A stretch of DNA of 64,000 bases from an uncultured Nitrososphaeraceae archaeon (GCA_963837175.1 CAWIMJ010000046.1:64001-128000), one strand, 5' to 3'; shown: positions 34,395-47,333, counted from the first letter of the stretch. Numbers and translations: made by a program. The notes: generated by a model from the letters alone, not told the origin.

Positions 34395-35419
34395 TTGTGT
34401 AATGGAAGTCTTGAATGTATTATTTATGGATGTCACCCCGATGTATACATTTAGCCATTTTATTTTTGTAATTAGGTTGGGCCGATTTGATATCATACAT
34501 AGTATTTATTTAGCAGTATGGCTTAGTTTAATAATTAGAAACAGCCATCGAAATAATATGATAATGAAACGTTAATCTTGCCAATCCGGAGTTGTACATA
34601 GGGAGCTCATTTTATAATATTACTTCTAATGTCTAGTTTTTTCAAGTCATATTAGTTCACGTCATTAAATATGGTCATAGATTGATTAAGAGATCAAGGT
34701 TTATACATGCTGATGAAAAAAGGCTGGCAGTTAATTATCATCATATGTTCCAGATTCATAATTTTCTAGATGGAAAGGCGACAGAACAGTTCGAAGTTTT
34801 CATTTTATCGTAGCTATCTTAGTTAGAAGGAATTAAATATGGAATGATATTCTAGTTTATCAGAATACAGATATAGAAATATTGATTAAAATCATAGGCA
34901 CGGCATAACATACACAATAATGGTTATATCCATAATTTATTGTGCTATTTATTAATTGTAATCTATAAAATCCTAAGGTTAAAAAAGCTAGAAGATAAAT
35001 GATTAATTTGTTTATCATAACATCATATAAACAAAATAAGTTAAAAACATTAGGGATTTATTGTAAAAATTATTTAATTATTACCTCGACTGTCATGTTA
35101 AGTAGTAGAGGATAGAAGTACGTGATAAGTCTTAGAAGGCAAAAGCGTACCAGGGTATCATCAGGTTTGTTGCTACTCCCTGTTTTGACTCCTCTACTTT
35201 TATTAAGTCTGAATGTAAGTTTTGAGGCATCGTAATTAAATAAACTTTTTAATGCAGTTATAGTTGACATAATAATTCAATGAATATCAAATGTATAAGA
35301 CTCTAAAGATATCATGATTTATAAAATAAATGCAAATTGATTCAAAATCATCTTAAAAGTGACAAAAGAAGATATAAAAATTATTGAGGAAAGTAATCAC
35401 TTCTTTAGAAATCATCAGT

Positions 35420-35644
35420 CTATTTTTTCGCCGTCATTCTAAGTACATCTACTTGACCACTATGCAACCAATCCTTAAGCTCTTCATGAGATGGCTTAAG
35501 ATCATGCTTGCCCGCTAAATGGAGATGTAAAAGGACATAGTTAATTTGGTTTAACAACGGTTTATTTTGCTCATCCCCCTGGCGAGCTTTCTGTTTTAAA
35601 TCTGCAGGTACACTGTTCCACCACTCTTCATATTTCCTAACCAT
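35420..35644 (-). CDS. Small conserved hypothetical protein
   Basis: 74 aa ORF with protein-like composition. Confidence 0.7.
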   Translation of the reverse strand: MVRKYEEWWNSVPADLKQKARQGDEQNKPLLNQINYVLLHLHLAGKHDLKPSHEELKDWLHSGQVDVLRMTAKK

Positions 35645-35786
35645 AAGACCAAGTTATACCGGAACTTAATAAGCCTTTTGGGTTCATTATACGTTTCGAC
35701 AGTTTATATTCATATATTTCACTCCTTAAAGAACTTTGAATTGTTGCCGTGATTAAAATTCATATAAAATATAATAGGTTTGAACA

Positions 35787-36638
35787 ATGACTTTCTCAAA
35801 GAGTCGCATGCCATTCAAAATGGAGGAATTGCAAAAAGCCCATATTGCATATAAGCAATTCAAAGCTCACAATCCACAATCATATCATGAACGTTATATA
35901 TTCCCGTTTTTTGCAGGATCATATTTTACTTATCGCAAAGTCGACGTTATACGTATAGTAACAATTTCCAAATCTATTTGCAATATACCTAAATTTATAG
36001 ACATAGGTTGTGGATACGGTGATTTTCTTGAAAAGATACGGGAATTTATTCCAGATGCAATAGGGATCGAACAGAATGGAGATATTTTCTACACCTTTCA
36101 AAAACCTATACCGGATTTTATATATTCAACTCCTATTGAATCATTTGATAAAAAGATGTTTGACGTTGCCTTTATAGGTTGGATGGAACCAGGAGTAGAT
36201 TTCCGCAAACACGTTGCAGGATCTACACGCTGTATTATCACAACATTCGATACTGGAGGCCAATGCGGGATAAATGGTAGTTGTGAGTACGAGGAATTTG
36301 GATTCAAAAAAATAGCATCGTGGAGAACACCGTCCTGGATAGATGTTAATAGCGAATTGATGAATAAATTCTATACACCTTCTTTATTATCTAACGAAAA
36401 TAAGAAACAACAACTGGCGAAATTACGGACTGCTCATAATTTTTGGTATGTATATGCAAGACCTCAAATATCCAGCAAGATAATTGCAGATTTAAAGGAA
36501 TGGTTAAAAAAAGAAGAATCATTAGATTTTGGAAGATATGATTTTGAATCACTTCTCGATGAATGTGGTTTCCACTATAAAGAGAATCTTTCAATGTTAG
36601 TATCTAACAGCAATCGATTGTGGGAAGTAAGCCTTTGA
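35787..36638 (+). CDS. Class I SAM-dependent methyltransferase
   Basis: FIDIGCGYG motif I, IGIE, FDVAF. Confidence 0.8.
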   Translation: MTFSKSRMPFKMEELQKAHIAYKQFKAHNPQSYHERYIFPFFAGSYFTYRKVDVIRIVTISKSICNIPKFIDIGCGYGDFLEKIREFIPDAIGIEQNGDIFYTFQKPIPDFIYSTPIESFDKKMFDVAFIGWMEPGVDFRKHVAGSTRCIITTFDTGGQCGINGSCEYEEFGFKKIASWRTPSWIDVNSELMNKFYTPSLLSNENKKQQLAKLRTAHNFWYVYARPQISSKIIADLKEWLKKEESLDFGRYDFESLLDECGFHYKENLSMLVSNSNRLWEVSL

Positions 36639-36776
36639 CTAGAAATGCTATGGGGATTGATAGGCGGCTTGCCTCATGTTCAAAGCTGTAGTAAATTTAA
36701 TCATTCACGTACACTCTAACTTTTGAGTCAACATTGGATTGCTATTAAGATGGTGATGCTTTCTGTATTGTTATTA

Positions 36777-37019
36777 TTACCTTGACATCATATCTTGATA
36801 ATAGTATTCAATTCTGTTTAATCCAAATCCTCTAATTCTTTTAATCTTGCCTTCTTTAATCAAACGTAGTATAGCATATTGCAATTCATATTTGCTACTA
36901 CTATCAATCTCTTTTTCGATGCGTTTCCTAGTAGCTTTACCATTATAATTTTTTATGATGGAGTATACGGAATTATATACATACTCTTTTGACTTTTTAT
37001 TTAGTTGAAGGGTAGCCAT
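36777..37019 (-). CDS. Small basic winged-helix-like protein
   Basis: ATRKRIEKE...LQYAILRLIKEGKIKR wHTH pattern. Confidence 0.6.
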   Translation of the reverse strand: MATLQLNKKSKEYVYNSVYSIIKNYNGKATRKRIEKEIDSSSKYELQYAILRLIKEGKIKRIRGFGLNRIEYYYQDMMSR

Positions 37020-37295
37020 AAATGTTAATGGTAGATTTAAGTTAAAAATAGCCCAGTTTGTATTATTTTACTATGAATACAAGGAAATTGCTTGAGTTAA
37101 TAATGCTATTCCTCGAAGATCTTAGTAGATAGAACAGGTTTTTCGACACTTTTATATAGACATATTCATAAAAATGACTGAACATAATTCGTGGTAACCC
37201 GATGTGATTTAATAATTTTCTTTTCTTCATGAAGAAATGAATTGGGATTATTATTAGACTGGTTGTTATAACACTGTTTTGTTATTGGCATAGGG

Positions 37296-37303
37296 TTTAA
37301 ATA
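37296..37303 (+). promoter_or_regulatory. TATA box of ferredoxin gene
   Basis: TTTAAATA ~35 nt upstream of ATG 37338. Confidence 0.55.
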
Positions 37304-37337
37304 GTTTCAAACGTATGCAGCTGTAGTGAATTAGTAG

Positions 37338-37631
37338 ATGCCAATTGCGATACTTCCAGACGTTGATGAACAAAGATGTATTGGATGTGCTCTCTGTGTA
37401 GAGATTTGCACTGCTCTCGGTCCAGATGTTCTTAGAGTAAAACCTGTAGAAGGATGGAAGAGAGGTAAGGCGTTTGTCTTCTACCCGGAACGGTGTATTT
37501 CAGATGGTGCATGTATAGGGGTATGTCCAACTCATGCAATATTCTGGATGAGGCCGATGGAATATACTGCAGGACAACCAGTGCCACTGCATAAGAACGG
37601 TGTATTCTCAAAAGGATGGGAAGAGGGTTAG
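37338..37631 (+). CDS. 2x[4Fe-4S] ferredoxin
   Basis: CIGCALCVEIC and CISDGACIGVCP. Confidence 0.93.
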   Translation: MPIAILPDVDEQRCIGCALCVEICTALGPDVLRVKPVEGWKRGKAFVFYPERCISDGACIGVCPTHAIFWMRPMEYTAGQPVPLHKNGVFSKGWEEG

Positions 37632-37663
37632 ACGTCTTCCACTAGAAGAGCCATAAATACCAC

Positions 37664-37695
37664 TTTCCTTTTTTAAATTTTTAAATTGTTTTGTA
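37664..37695 (+). terminator. Oligo-T archaeal terminator
   Basis: Several T-runs just downstream of the ferredoxin stop. Confidence 0.45.
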
Positions 37696-39455
37696 TAACT
37701 ATTCCTATTTGAATATATAAGCTATCAAAAAAGTCTTAAAATTTGATTAACATCCTATGTCAGATTACAATTATTAGATACAGATAATGATCATTAGAAA
37801 TCCAGCTTTATCGTTCTGCATTATACCCCCAATAAAGCTAAATCTATCTATCTTGTCTTATCAGTAAAAAATCATAATTGCTAGATTATATCTAACAATC
37901 TAGATTAAAATGTCATTATCAAAATAGTAGGATAAAATGATAACATTTATGTCATATATTATAAATATATAAGACAAATCTATATATCCGAACTGACAAC
38001 TTCTTTTCCAATAATTTATTTTTTGAATAATTGGGTGACATTATTTTTCTTTCATGGATCTGGATTTTCATCTTATCTTCTTAAAAGAGTTCGATGTATA
38101 CTTACAAATTTGTAAATATATATCAAAGTCCGCTATTAGAGTTAACGAACATTGCATTACTAGGATAAGCTTTAACATGATCATTTTAATTGATTTGATA
38201 TCAAGCTGTTTTTTCTGAATACTTAATTCTACTTATGTGTTTTATTTCATTCATTTTCCGATTTGACATATCTGTGTAATCGTTATGTTGCTAGAATATT
38301 AAGGCATAAAAGATTCCATAGTAACCTTATTTCATGCAATAAAGGATAAAATTCTTGTTTATTCTGGCAAAATCTAAAAATGCTTTTTGACAAGACACTT
38401 TTTCTCCACTTGAAACACAATTACAGTGATATTATAAAAATTCCGAAGATATTCTATTGCCTTTAAATGATTTCTGATAAAATTTAGGGTCCTTTAAGAG
38501 TGCTATCAAATGTAGATACAATCTACATGCTACGGATTATGGAAGATATCTATATGGGATAAGAAGTATATAATTAAGTGATCTTGGCTGAGAAAACAAG
38601 ACCTTTAGGACTAAAAATATCTTCGAAATATACTCAAACAAGCTTATGCACAACTAAACGAATCATTTGGGTCAAAAGAAGCTGCTAATAGATTATGAGG
38701 GATTTGGAATTTTGCCTTCATAAATAGACATAAAGTAAACAGATATTGTTTGACCCCTTTGCTTATTATGACCTAGCCATAATTTCTAAAACAATTGCTA
38801 TAGAAAGGATAGCAGAGCTGATATTGCAACTCAAATCTTCTGCTGCTCCTGTCATCCTGTCATAAATGACATGAATGTGTAGTTGACTACTCCCGATTAC
38901 AACAAACCATAACCTATTAAGAAACTATCTAAAAAGAGCAAAGCAATAGCTGAAAATCATACTGACAGTATCTATGCATAATAAAAAAAATTCGAAGACA
39001 GTAAAATGTAATAAGTTTGATAAATTCATTTGACATGAATTTCATTTGAGGCTCAAAAAGTGAGTAAGAGCCTACAGTCATGACTAAGGGCTATTCTGTC
39101 AACCCTCGAATATGGAAATGGGGAAGATTGAACCATATAACAGAGAAATATGAGAAGTCATGGCTACATACATATGAAATAATATTCAGAATGGGAATTA
39201 TCACTAATAACTCATAACTCATAAGAGTCGATAAGTGGACATTATATGAACATAAGAAAAAGATGAACTAGAATTATTACAAATTATATAGGCTAGATAT
39301 TGCTAGATCCATTTTTATCTTATATGGTAAGCTCTTTATTTCATTGCCATTGTCATTTTCTTCATCCAATTTTTTATATTGTTTTCTACATTTGATGTTT
39401 TGTGATGTAAATCAATAGTTCTTTAGATAGCTTATAACAAAAGTAAAAGTACATT

Positions 39456-41075
39456 TTATAACTTGGTAATAATGTCATGATCATAATCAAAAACTTTTGG
39501 ATTCAGTTTTTTTATTAACGGTAAATTATTATAATGTTGATCATTAACTATCTGTCGCATAAAAGTATTTGCTACTATTATTATTTCTTCAAAGTTATTG
39601 TTTACAATGAATCGGTCAAGGGATTCAATAAAACTTGGATAATTTTTAGGATTATTATGATTTGTCGATCTTTTGCAACTCAAATTATGTGCAGCTGGAA
39701 ATATATCGCTTATTTCTGAAGGGATAATTCCAAGAAATGGACTATAGGTGCAAATTTGTGCATCTGGGAATTTTTTGACGAGCTGAAGAAAGGCTCGGGT
39801 AGAATAAAATGGATGAATATCTGAATCTGGATATAATACTAATTTCTTTTTTTTATTTTTTAACGACGCAAATTTGGATACTATATTTCTGAATCGCTTG
39901 GCCTCTGGTCTATATTGATCTATGGGATCATAGAAAAAGACTGCTTTTCTTTTGAAGATTGGTGTTCCTTCGCCTAGATATTCAAAGGTTTTGAAAAGTT
40001 CCATTGCTTCCATAAGTTTTGGATGTGCATGCGCCTTTTGCATTACGTATTCCCACAATCTGCCATCCACTATAGCTTGTTTTACTGCATTAACTTCTGC
40101 TTTCAAAATGTAGAGATTATGTTTTGCTACTTCTAATATACGGCTGTCTCTGTCCAGATAAAACAACTCCTTGATAGAATAAGCAGTACAAATTGGACAC
40201 TGACATGGAAGATATGAAAGGTCTTCTAACCTTGTAGTGCCATTTGAATGCATATATCGATTATCCTTAGCATAGAGAATGTAGGAGGCTGAATCAAACA
40301 TATCGCATCCCAATGCAACAGCCAAGGGAATTGTGATGGGGTGTCCTGCGCCAAAAAGATGTATTGGTTTTGCTGGAATAGCACGTTTTACTATGGCTAT
40401 CATATGTGCTAGTATTGCAAACTCATATGCTTCCATCAATTCAACAGGGCTGCCAATGGCCATAAGATTGAAACCCATTTTGTCAAGGGCAACGGCGGAG
40501 TATTTTACTAAATCTGAATGTTCGGCACCCTGTACAGGTCCTACCCAAATTGCACCATTTGTATCATCATTATGATACTTATTGCCTGTGTTATTTTTGA
40601 TTCCCTTGCTTTTTCTTCCTTCTATTGCATTAAGGGTTTCTCTCGCATTTTTTAGTGTCTGCTCTACATTGTCTCTAGCCTTTTCATACTTTAATCCATA
40701 ACCTGTAGGTTTATCAAGAGGCACAGGAATGTCACTTCGAATATCATTCTCAAATATTGCCATGACAGTGGGTTCAACATCAATCGAGTCGTATTCTAAA
40801 ACTTGGTATCCTCCAGAGTCTGTCATTACTACTCCATCATATTTTATTATATCATGAATTCCTCTCTTTCTTGCTTCATCACCATAATGTTTTAATGTTA
40901 TGTATGCATTCGTGATAACTGCATTAAAACCCAAACTTTTTAGAAAGTTTGGAGTTATTGTCTGCCTTATTGGATGTATGACAGGAATAAACGCGGGAGT
41001 TTCAAGATTACCATGGGGAGTTTTTAATTTACCGATACGCCCCGCCAGGTCAGTACATCTGACCTCGAAGGACAA
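39456..41075 (-). CDS. tgtA: Archaeosine tRNA-guanine(15) transglycosylase
   Basis: ETPAFIPV, DSGGYQ, HLFGAGHP, DMFDSASY, CxCxxC...HN. Confidence 0.95.
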   Translation of the reverse strand: MSFEVRCTDLAGRIGKLKTPHGNLETPAFIPVIHPIRQTITPNFLKSLGFNAVITNAYITLKHYGDEARKRGIHDIIKYDGVVMTDSGGYQVLEYDSIDVEPTVMAIFENDIRSDIPVPLDKPTGYGLKYEKARDNVEQTLKNARETLNAIEGRKSKGIKNNTGNKYHNDDTNGAIWVGPVQGAEHSDLVKYSAVALDKMGFNLMAIGSPVELMEAYEFAILAHMIAIVKRAIPAKPIHLFGAGHPITIPLAVALGCDMFDSASYILYAKDNRYMHSNGTTRLEDLSYLPCQCPICTAYSIKELFYLDRDSRILEVAKHNLYILKAEVNAVKQAIVDGRLWEYVMQKAHAHPKLMEAMELFKTFEYLGEGTPIFKRKAVFFYDPIDQYRPEAKRFRNIVSKFASLKNKKKKLVLYPDSDIHPFYSTRAFLQLVKKFPDAQICTYSPFLGIIPSEISDIFPAAHNLSCKRSTNHNNPKNYPSFIESLDRFIVNNNFEEIIIVANTFMRQIVNDQHYNNLPLIKKLNPKVFDYDHDIITKL

Positions 41076-41077
41076 AT

Positions 41078-41492
41078 TTACTTCTTTGTCTCCCTGATGA
41101 ACTCGTCATATATTGCCTTGACTCTATCAGCCGCAAGCCCAGAACCCTCTTCAATACCTGTCTGTGTGACTTTGATTTTATCCATTACAATAATAGCCCC
41201 TACATCTTCCCTAATTTTTACTAAGCCTGGAAATACTCTAGAAAGCCTATCTGATAAAGCTTTAAAATCAAAAGGCTTTTCCATGAGCTTTATATCTTTA
41301 ACAAAAGAACCGTTGAGAATTAATTTAAGGATTTCATGACCTTCTATATTATCGAGTACAATATCAAGTTTTTCATCAATACCAGTTAGCGTGCCATTGT
41401 ATATTTTTTGGTCAGAAGTTTCTATAGAAACTTTTTTCCCCAAGAATTGCACTATCTCTTCGCCAAATTTCCGATTAAGTACTGCGAGCCAT
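41078..41492 (-). CDS. Sm-like (Lsm/SmAP3-type) RNA-binding protein (+1 frameshift at ~41486)
   Basis: Sm1/Sm2 motifs plus C-terminal extension; corrected N-terminus MAAVLNRKFGEEIVQF. Confidence 0.85.
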
Positions 41493-41660
41493 AAATATTT
41501 CTATGAGGATATGCTTTAAGTAGTATAATATGAATTTTAATATATTATCTCTGGCATTATGCTGAATAAACTATTAAAATCAGAGCAATATGATGTAGTT
41601 AAGTTATCCATTAAGATAGATCAAAAATATATCTCGGAGAACAAGGTGAGGATTATGGAT

Positions 41661-42248
41661 CTAATAATATTCAAGAAATTTCTGTACGTCACCTTTTTCA
41701 TAGACCAATGAGAGCCAATCGACCATTCCGATCTCATGTTTTGATTTGTTTTGTAACAACAACACTATTTCTTCAGCAGCCTGTTGAGATGTCTTTCCAG
41801 TTGCATCAAATTCTATAACTTTATTTTTTCCAAAAGTTTTCAATGCATCGTAAAATGAAATACCAAGGATTTCACTAGCTACATTCTCTCTAATCTTCTC
41901 AGGTGAGTAATCTCTTTCTTCGAAAGTTCTTATTATTTCATAAGGTGAACGACGCATAACTACAACAATATCGATTCCATCTGGTCTTAATAGATAAGGT
42001 ACAAGATGTCCAATAATTACTAGGTCTCCTCCTTTTTTTAATTCATTTCTTATTAATTTCGATGTCTTTTTTATATCAACTTCTTTTCTGTTCCGATCAT
42101 CATTTAGTAAGAAAGCATTATTATCTATTATTATCTTGTTGATATCAATTATTTTTACATCCCCTAATTTCTCACATACAATTTTCGTACATGTATGCTT
42201 TCCCACTCCTGGATTACCCGTAATGGCGACTTTGATTTGACTCTTCAA
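41661..42248 (-). CDS. Adenylate kinase AK6/Fap7 family
   Basis: ITGNPGVGK, hhhGH, RDYSPEKIRENVASE. Confidence 0.88.
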   Translation of the reverse strand: MKSQIKVAITGNPGVGKHTCTKIVCEKLGDVKIIDINKIIIDNNAFLLNDDRNRKEVDIKKTSKLIRNELKKGGDLVIIGHLVPYLLRPDGIDIVVVMRRSPYEIIRTFEERDYSPEKIRENVASEILGISFYDALKTFGKNKVIEFDATGKTSQQAAEEIVLLLQNKSKHEIGMVDWLSLVYEKGDVQKFLEYY

Positions 42249-42638
42249 GTCTCTTCTTCAGGTCATTTGGTTTGATTCCCTTTATATTTTAATAAAATAA
42301 ATAAAAATTTTGTGTAACCTTTATTTATTATTATTTCAGTATACACTCGTTATTATACTCTTAGATGCACTGTTTTGGACCAGCTTTGGTCTATGATGAT
42401 TTTAATTACTGCTAAAAGTAAATTAATTAATGAGAAATCTGCAACTGAATATATAGTTATCAATATATCTGAATTTATAGTAGCTATTAATATCCTATCA
42501 CTTCGAGTATATTAATACATCAAAGGCTGGCTCAACAACAGTACGTAATACGGCTACGGCTTTACAACAAGAAAATAATAGGTATGAAAAGATGGCAGAA
42601 GAAGAAAGTAAAGAATACGCTGACATGGCAATGCAGAG

Positions 42639-43235
42639 TTAATTGTGTGGTGCTATAAATTCTCTATGTCTTCTTTCGTATTCAGTGATTTGTGAGTCGA
42701 ATTGTAATGTAATTCCTATTTCATCTAGACCTTCAAGCAATGTCTTTTTTCTAGATTCATCTATCTCGAAGTTCATAATTTTGGAGCCAACTATTATCTG
42801 TTGGTTGGACAAGTCGATCTCAATATCCACATCATCAGCAGTTATAAACATAACATCTACTTCTTTATGACTAAGCCTAACTGGCAAAATTCCATTTTTG
42901 AAGCAATTATTATAGAAAATATCAGCAAAAGACGGTGCAATCACTGCCCTGAATCCATAATCTAGAATAGCCCATGCAGCATGCTCTCTTGAACTTCCGC
43001 AACCAAAATTATCACGCGTAAGCAATATCTGTCTACCAGCATATTTCGGATCATTTAACACAAAATTACTTTTCGGTTTTCCATCTTTATCAAACCGCCA
43101 ATCATAAAATAGATACCCACCATAGCCAGTTTTCTGAACTAGTTTAAGAAATTGCTTTGGAATTATTTGATCCGTATCAACATTAACCATGTCAAGCGGA
43201 GTTGCTTTGCTTTTAATAATTCTAAAAGGTTCCAT
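42639..43235 (-). CDS. leuD: 3-isopropylmalate dehydratase small subunit
   Basis: NVDTDQIIPKQFL, NFGCGSSREHA, FADIFYNN. Confidence 0.96.
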   Translation of the reverse strand: MEPFRIIKSKATPLDMVNVDTDQIIPKQFLKLVQKTGYGGYLFYDWRFDKDGKPKSNFVLNDPKYAGRQILLTRDNFGCGSSREHAAWAILDYGFRAVIAPSFADIFYNNCFKNGILPVRLSHKEVDVMFITADDVDIEIDLSNQQIIVGSKIMNFEIDESRKKTLLEGLDEIGITLQFDSQITEYERRHREFIAPHN

Positions 43236-43295
43236 TGTTTCAATCGGCTCCGTTATTTCAATTCTTTCTTATCTTCATTTTCGAGTCCGCTCTTC

Positions 43296-44720
43296 TTACA
43301 ACCATTCTCTCACATCTACAAAGTGTCCTTCGATTGCAGAAGCGGCTGCCATAATTGGGCTTACGAGATGGGTTCTTCCACCGCTTCCCTGTCTTCCTTC
43401 AAAGTTGCGATTAGAAGTACTTGCACAGCGTTCGCCAGACTCAAGTATATCAGAATTCATTCCAAGGCACATGCTGCAACCAGATTCTCGCCATTCAAAG
43501 CCAGCATCTTTAAAAACTTTGTCTAAACCTATCTTTTCTGCTTGCATTTTTACCTGTTGTGAACCAGGAACTACCATTGCTCTAACTTTGGATGACACCT
43601 TTCTTCCTTTTATCACAATTGATGCTTCCAGTAGGTCTTCTAATCGAGAGTTAGTACATGAGCCAATGAACACACGGTCTAATGGAATATTTGTAATAGG
43701 CGTACCAGGTTCAAGACCCATATATCGTAAAGCACGTAATGCAGATTTTCTCTCGTTTTCATTACCCTGTGCAAAATCTTCAGGGTATGGAATCGAACTG
43801 GTGACATCAATGGCCATTGAAGGATTAGTTCCCCAACTGACTTGTGGAGCAAGATCATTAATATTTACAGTAATAGATTTATCAAATGGTGCATTATAGT
43901 CAGTTTTCAAATTCTCTCGCCAAAAATCAACCATTTTTTCAAACTGTTCATCCTGTGGAGCATACGTTCTTCCTCTGATATAATCGAAAGTAATTTCATC
44001 AGGCGCTATCAATCCTGCTCTAGCTCCAGCTTCAATGGACATATTGCATATAGTCATTCTCTGTTCCATAGAAAGTTCAGCTATTGCTTTGCCTTTGTAT
44101 TCTATAACAGTGCCTGCACTGCCTGAAGTTCCTATCTTTCTAATAATGGAAAGTATCATATCTTTAGCAGTAACAGCATGTGAATTTTTACGGCGACCTG
44201 TAAAATTAATTGCAAATGTTTTGGGTTTATCTAGCCATATACACTGGGTAGCCAAAACATGTTCAACTTCACTGGTACCTATACCAAACGCGAATGTACC
44301 AAAAGCACCATGCGTTGAGGTATGACTATCGCCACAAACAATTACCATTCCCGGAAGAGTGATACCAAGCTCAGGACCAATGACGTGAACTATGCCTTGA
44401 TTTGGATTTTTAATATCAAAAAGTGTAATCCCAAATTCTTTGCAATTTTGTGCTAAGGTCTGAATCTGTACAGAAGAAATTTGATCAATTAACGGAAATG
44501 ATCTGTCTTTTGTTGGCACGTTATGATCCATGGTTGCAAATGTTAGATTAGGGCGTCTCACTTTTCTATGATTTAAACGAAGGCCATCAAACGCTTGTGG
44601 TGAAGTAACCTCATGAATTAAATGGCGATCTACATATATTAGAAATGGCCCGCTATCATTTTCTTTTGTAGTAGTTATAACATGACTCTTCCAAATCTTC
44701 TCTAATAGCGTCTTTGGCAT
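43296..44720 (-). CDS. leuC: 3-isopropylmalate dehydratase large subunit
   Basis: [42 protein letters not shown]. Confidence 0.97.
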   Translation of the reverse strand: MPKTLLEKIWKSHVITTTKENDSGPFLIYVDRHLIHEVTSPQAFDGLRLNHRKVRRPNLTFATMDHNVPTKDRSFPLIDQISSVQIQTLAQNCKEFGITLFDIKNPNQGIVHVIGPELGITLPGMVIVCGDSHTSTHGAFGTFAFGIGTSEVEHVLATQCIWLDKPKTFAINFTGRRKNSHAVTAKDMILSIIRKIGTSGSAGTVIEYKGKAIAELSMEQRMTICNMSIEAGARAGLIAPDEITFDYIRGRTYAPQDEQFEKMVDFWRENLKTDYNAPFDKSITVNINDLAPQVSWGTNPSMAIDVTSSIPYPEDFAQGNENERKSALRALRYMGLEPGTPITNIPLDRVFIGSCTNSRLEDLLEASIVIKGRKVSSKVRAMVVPGSQQVKMQAEKIGLDKVFKDAGFEWRESGCSMCLGMNSDILESGERCASTSNRNFEGRQGSGGRTHLVSPIMAAASAIEGHFVDVREWL

Positions 44721-44818
44721 CCTATTGATTAAGTCATATCGGAAATATAATCATATGCAGAAACTATTAATGATATTGATAATGCTTAAATTTGGTATTG
44801 ATTCTGCTATTTCATATA

Positions 44819-45479
44819 ATGCATCCCCAAGACACCAGATACTCCGACTATATCGTCGAGCAAATCAAAAAAGGAACTACTACTTGTGCATTGATATGCA
44901 AGGATGGCGTAGTTCTAGCTGCGGATACAAGAGCAAGTGCAGGTTTCTTTATTGCCGATAGACATGTAATGAAAATTCAGAAAGTTGATAGACATATAGG
45001 TATGACAATTGCGGGTGGTGTGGCTGACGCCCAGAACCTTGTTGACGTTATGCGTTACAATGCAAACATCTATAGGATTTCAAATAGAGAAGTAATGCCT
45101 GTAAGTTCAGCTGCAAGACTCTGTTCTAATGTATTATTCAATCAAAGATACTTTCCATATTATGTCCAGATTATTCTGGCTGGATATGACAATAAAGGAG
45201 GTGGACAGATCTATAACATTGATCTCTTTGGCTCAATGACAACTGAAAAGTTCATTTCTACTGGCAGCGGCTCTCCTGTAGCCTATGGCTATCTTGAATC
45301 CGAATACAAAGAAGCATCAAGTGTGAATGAGGCTTATAAAATAGCAATACAGGCAATTGCTGGCAGCGATTAGACGAAATTCAGGTACGGGCGATAACAT
45401 CAATGCAGTTATTATAGATAAAGATGGCTATCGCGAGTTATCGAATGAGGTAAAAGAAGCTGTTGGTGCGGTCTACTAA
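44819..45479 (+). CDS. psmB: Proteasome beta subunit (+1 frameshift at ~45362)
   Basis: KG|TTT autocleavage site, AADTRAS, TGSGS; corrected C-terminus AAAIRRNSGTGDNIN... Confidence 0.93.
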
Positions 45480-45682
45480 TAGATGTGAGGATATATCTTT
45501 TCTAAGATATTCTAATATATATAAATAAAGCTAATAACGGAAACAAAAAGGAAATAGATTCCAGTTAAATAATATTAAGAGAATTTTTATTTGTTTCTAT
45601 AGCTTTACATTTTAACTCTTAATGCCAAAATATATTCTCCATGCTATATAATATTCTCCTTTTAGAATAAAATATTCTGTTT

Positions 45683-47333
45683 ATGCTGTCTAATAATATA
45701 AATTTTCGAGATGATTTCTCTAAGGAAGAAAAACTAGTTCTTAATTCCCATTTTTCCAACACTGATAGACGAGTTTTTGCAATAATAACACCCAGACAGG
45801 TAGATAGAGGAGCATTAATGTCAAGGTATTCTAGAACAGATAAAACCATGCGGCGTATTTTTTTAGATGAATTTATAAAAAACCCAAATAGAGGGCAAGA
45901 ATTCTACGAAAGAATATTATTAGAATATGGAGACGATTCAGTCGCAGAACTTGGGGAAGCACAAGTTGCGATAGAATGGATATCAAATATTGCTGCAAAG
46001 AAGATTGAAGACCATCGAATTGGGCTCTCTTACCTTGAAAAATCTTCGCGGTATGTGGCATTTGATCGAAAAATCAATGGCCATTATAAGTACTGTAGAG
46101 AAGAGAATATTATGCAGTCACCCTTTGCTGATCAATACATCCAGGCTTGCGATCATGCTTTTGATGTATATAGCAAGAATATCCAATCAATGCAGAAATT
46201 TATTTCTGAAACAGAACCAATTGAGCGCTTCTTATTTTTCGATTTTATATCAAAACAAGAAACAGCCTATAGCAATTTGAAAAGTCAAAAAGATATTGAA
46301 TCTGCACAGAGAGTATATAATTCGACGATCAGATCCAAGACGCTTGATACTCTCCGTGGGCTGTTGCCAGCATCTACTCTTACTAATTTGGCCATCACAG
46401 GAAATGGAAGAGCATTTGAATATCTGCTATCAAGCATGTTCGCTTCAAATTTGAAAGAAATGAAAATGCTAGCAAGTCAACTGCATTCAGAACTCAATCT
46501 GGTTATTCCCGCCTTCATAAAGAGAGTAAATGACAAGTATGGGCAGGCTTTACAAGCATATCTAACGGATACAAGGAGCACCATAAGTGAACTTGCTCAC
46601 TATTATATAAAAAATATTAAAGCAGATAAAAATCCCCATTCTGTAAAGCTCGCTGAATTATGAAGATAATTGTGAAGCCGAAATAAAAGTGGCCTCTGCT
46701 ATTCTATACGAACAGGCCAGCGGCCAATCTCTTGAAAAAATTACACATTATATCCGGTCTATTCCTGCTTATGATAGATACAAGATAATTCAAACTTACA
46801 CAAAACTCCGGGCTAATCGAAGATACCGACCTGGTAGAGCATTTGAAATGGTAGAATATACATTTGAAATGTTCACAAACTTTGGCATGTTTCGTGACCT
46901 ACATCGACATAGGATTCTTACTATGGAAAGACAGTTGCTCTCTACAAGACACGGCTATGATATTCCGGCAGAAATTATTAACCTTGGCATTGCCAAAGAT
47001 TTCAAAGACTGCATGTATAAATGTAATGAGATTTATGAAATGATCTCAAAGAAATACCCTACAGAGGCCCAATATGTTGTTAATTTTGCATACAAATACC
47101 CCTATTTTGTAAAACTCAATTTGCGGGAAGCTTGTCATATGATTGAATTAAGAACTGTTCCTCAAGGGCATCCTGATTATCGTAAAGTGTGTCAGAAAAT
47201 GTATAAACAAATAAAACGTGTTCATCCTATATTGGCTAAAGGAATAAAATTTGTTGACTTAAGAAAATATGAATTAGAGAGATTACACGCTGAGAAAAAT
47301 GTAGAAAAGAAAAGACGTGGACTAATAACCTAA
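45683..47333 (+). CDS. thyX: Tandem-domain flavin-dependent thymidylate synthase (+1 frameshift at ~46651)
   Basis: [15 protein letters not shown], second domain [16 protein letters not shown]. Confidence 0.9.

Noticed and set aside
42460-42641. Plus-strand helical peptide tail (...YEKMAEEESKEYADMAMQS*)
   Set aside because: No start codon or intact frame; likely a gene remnant, identity unsupported.
43189-44325. Long antisense ORFs over leuC (also over thrC, amt, rrp4, rrp41, fusA)
   Set aside because: Shadow frames of well-supported genes on the opposite strand, with no recognisable motifs.
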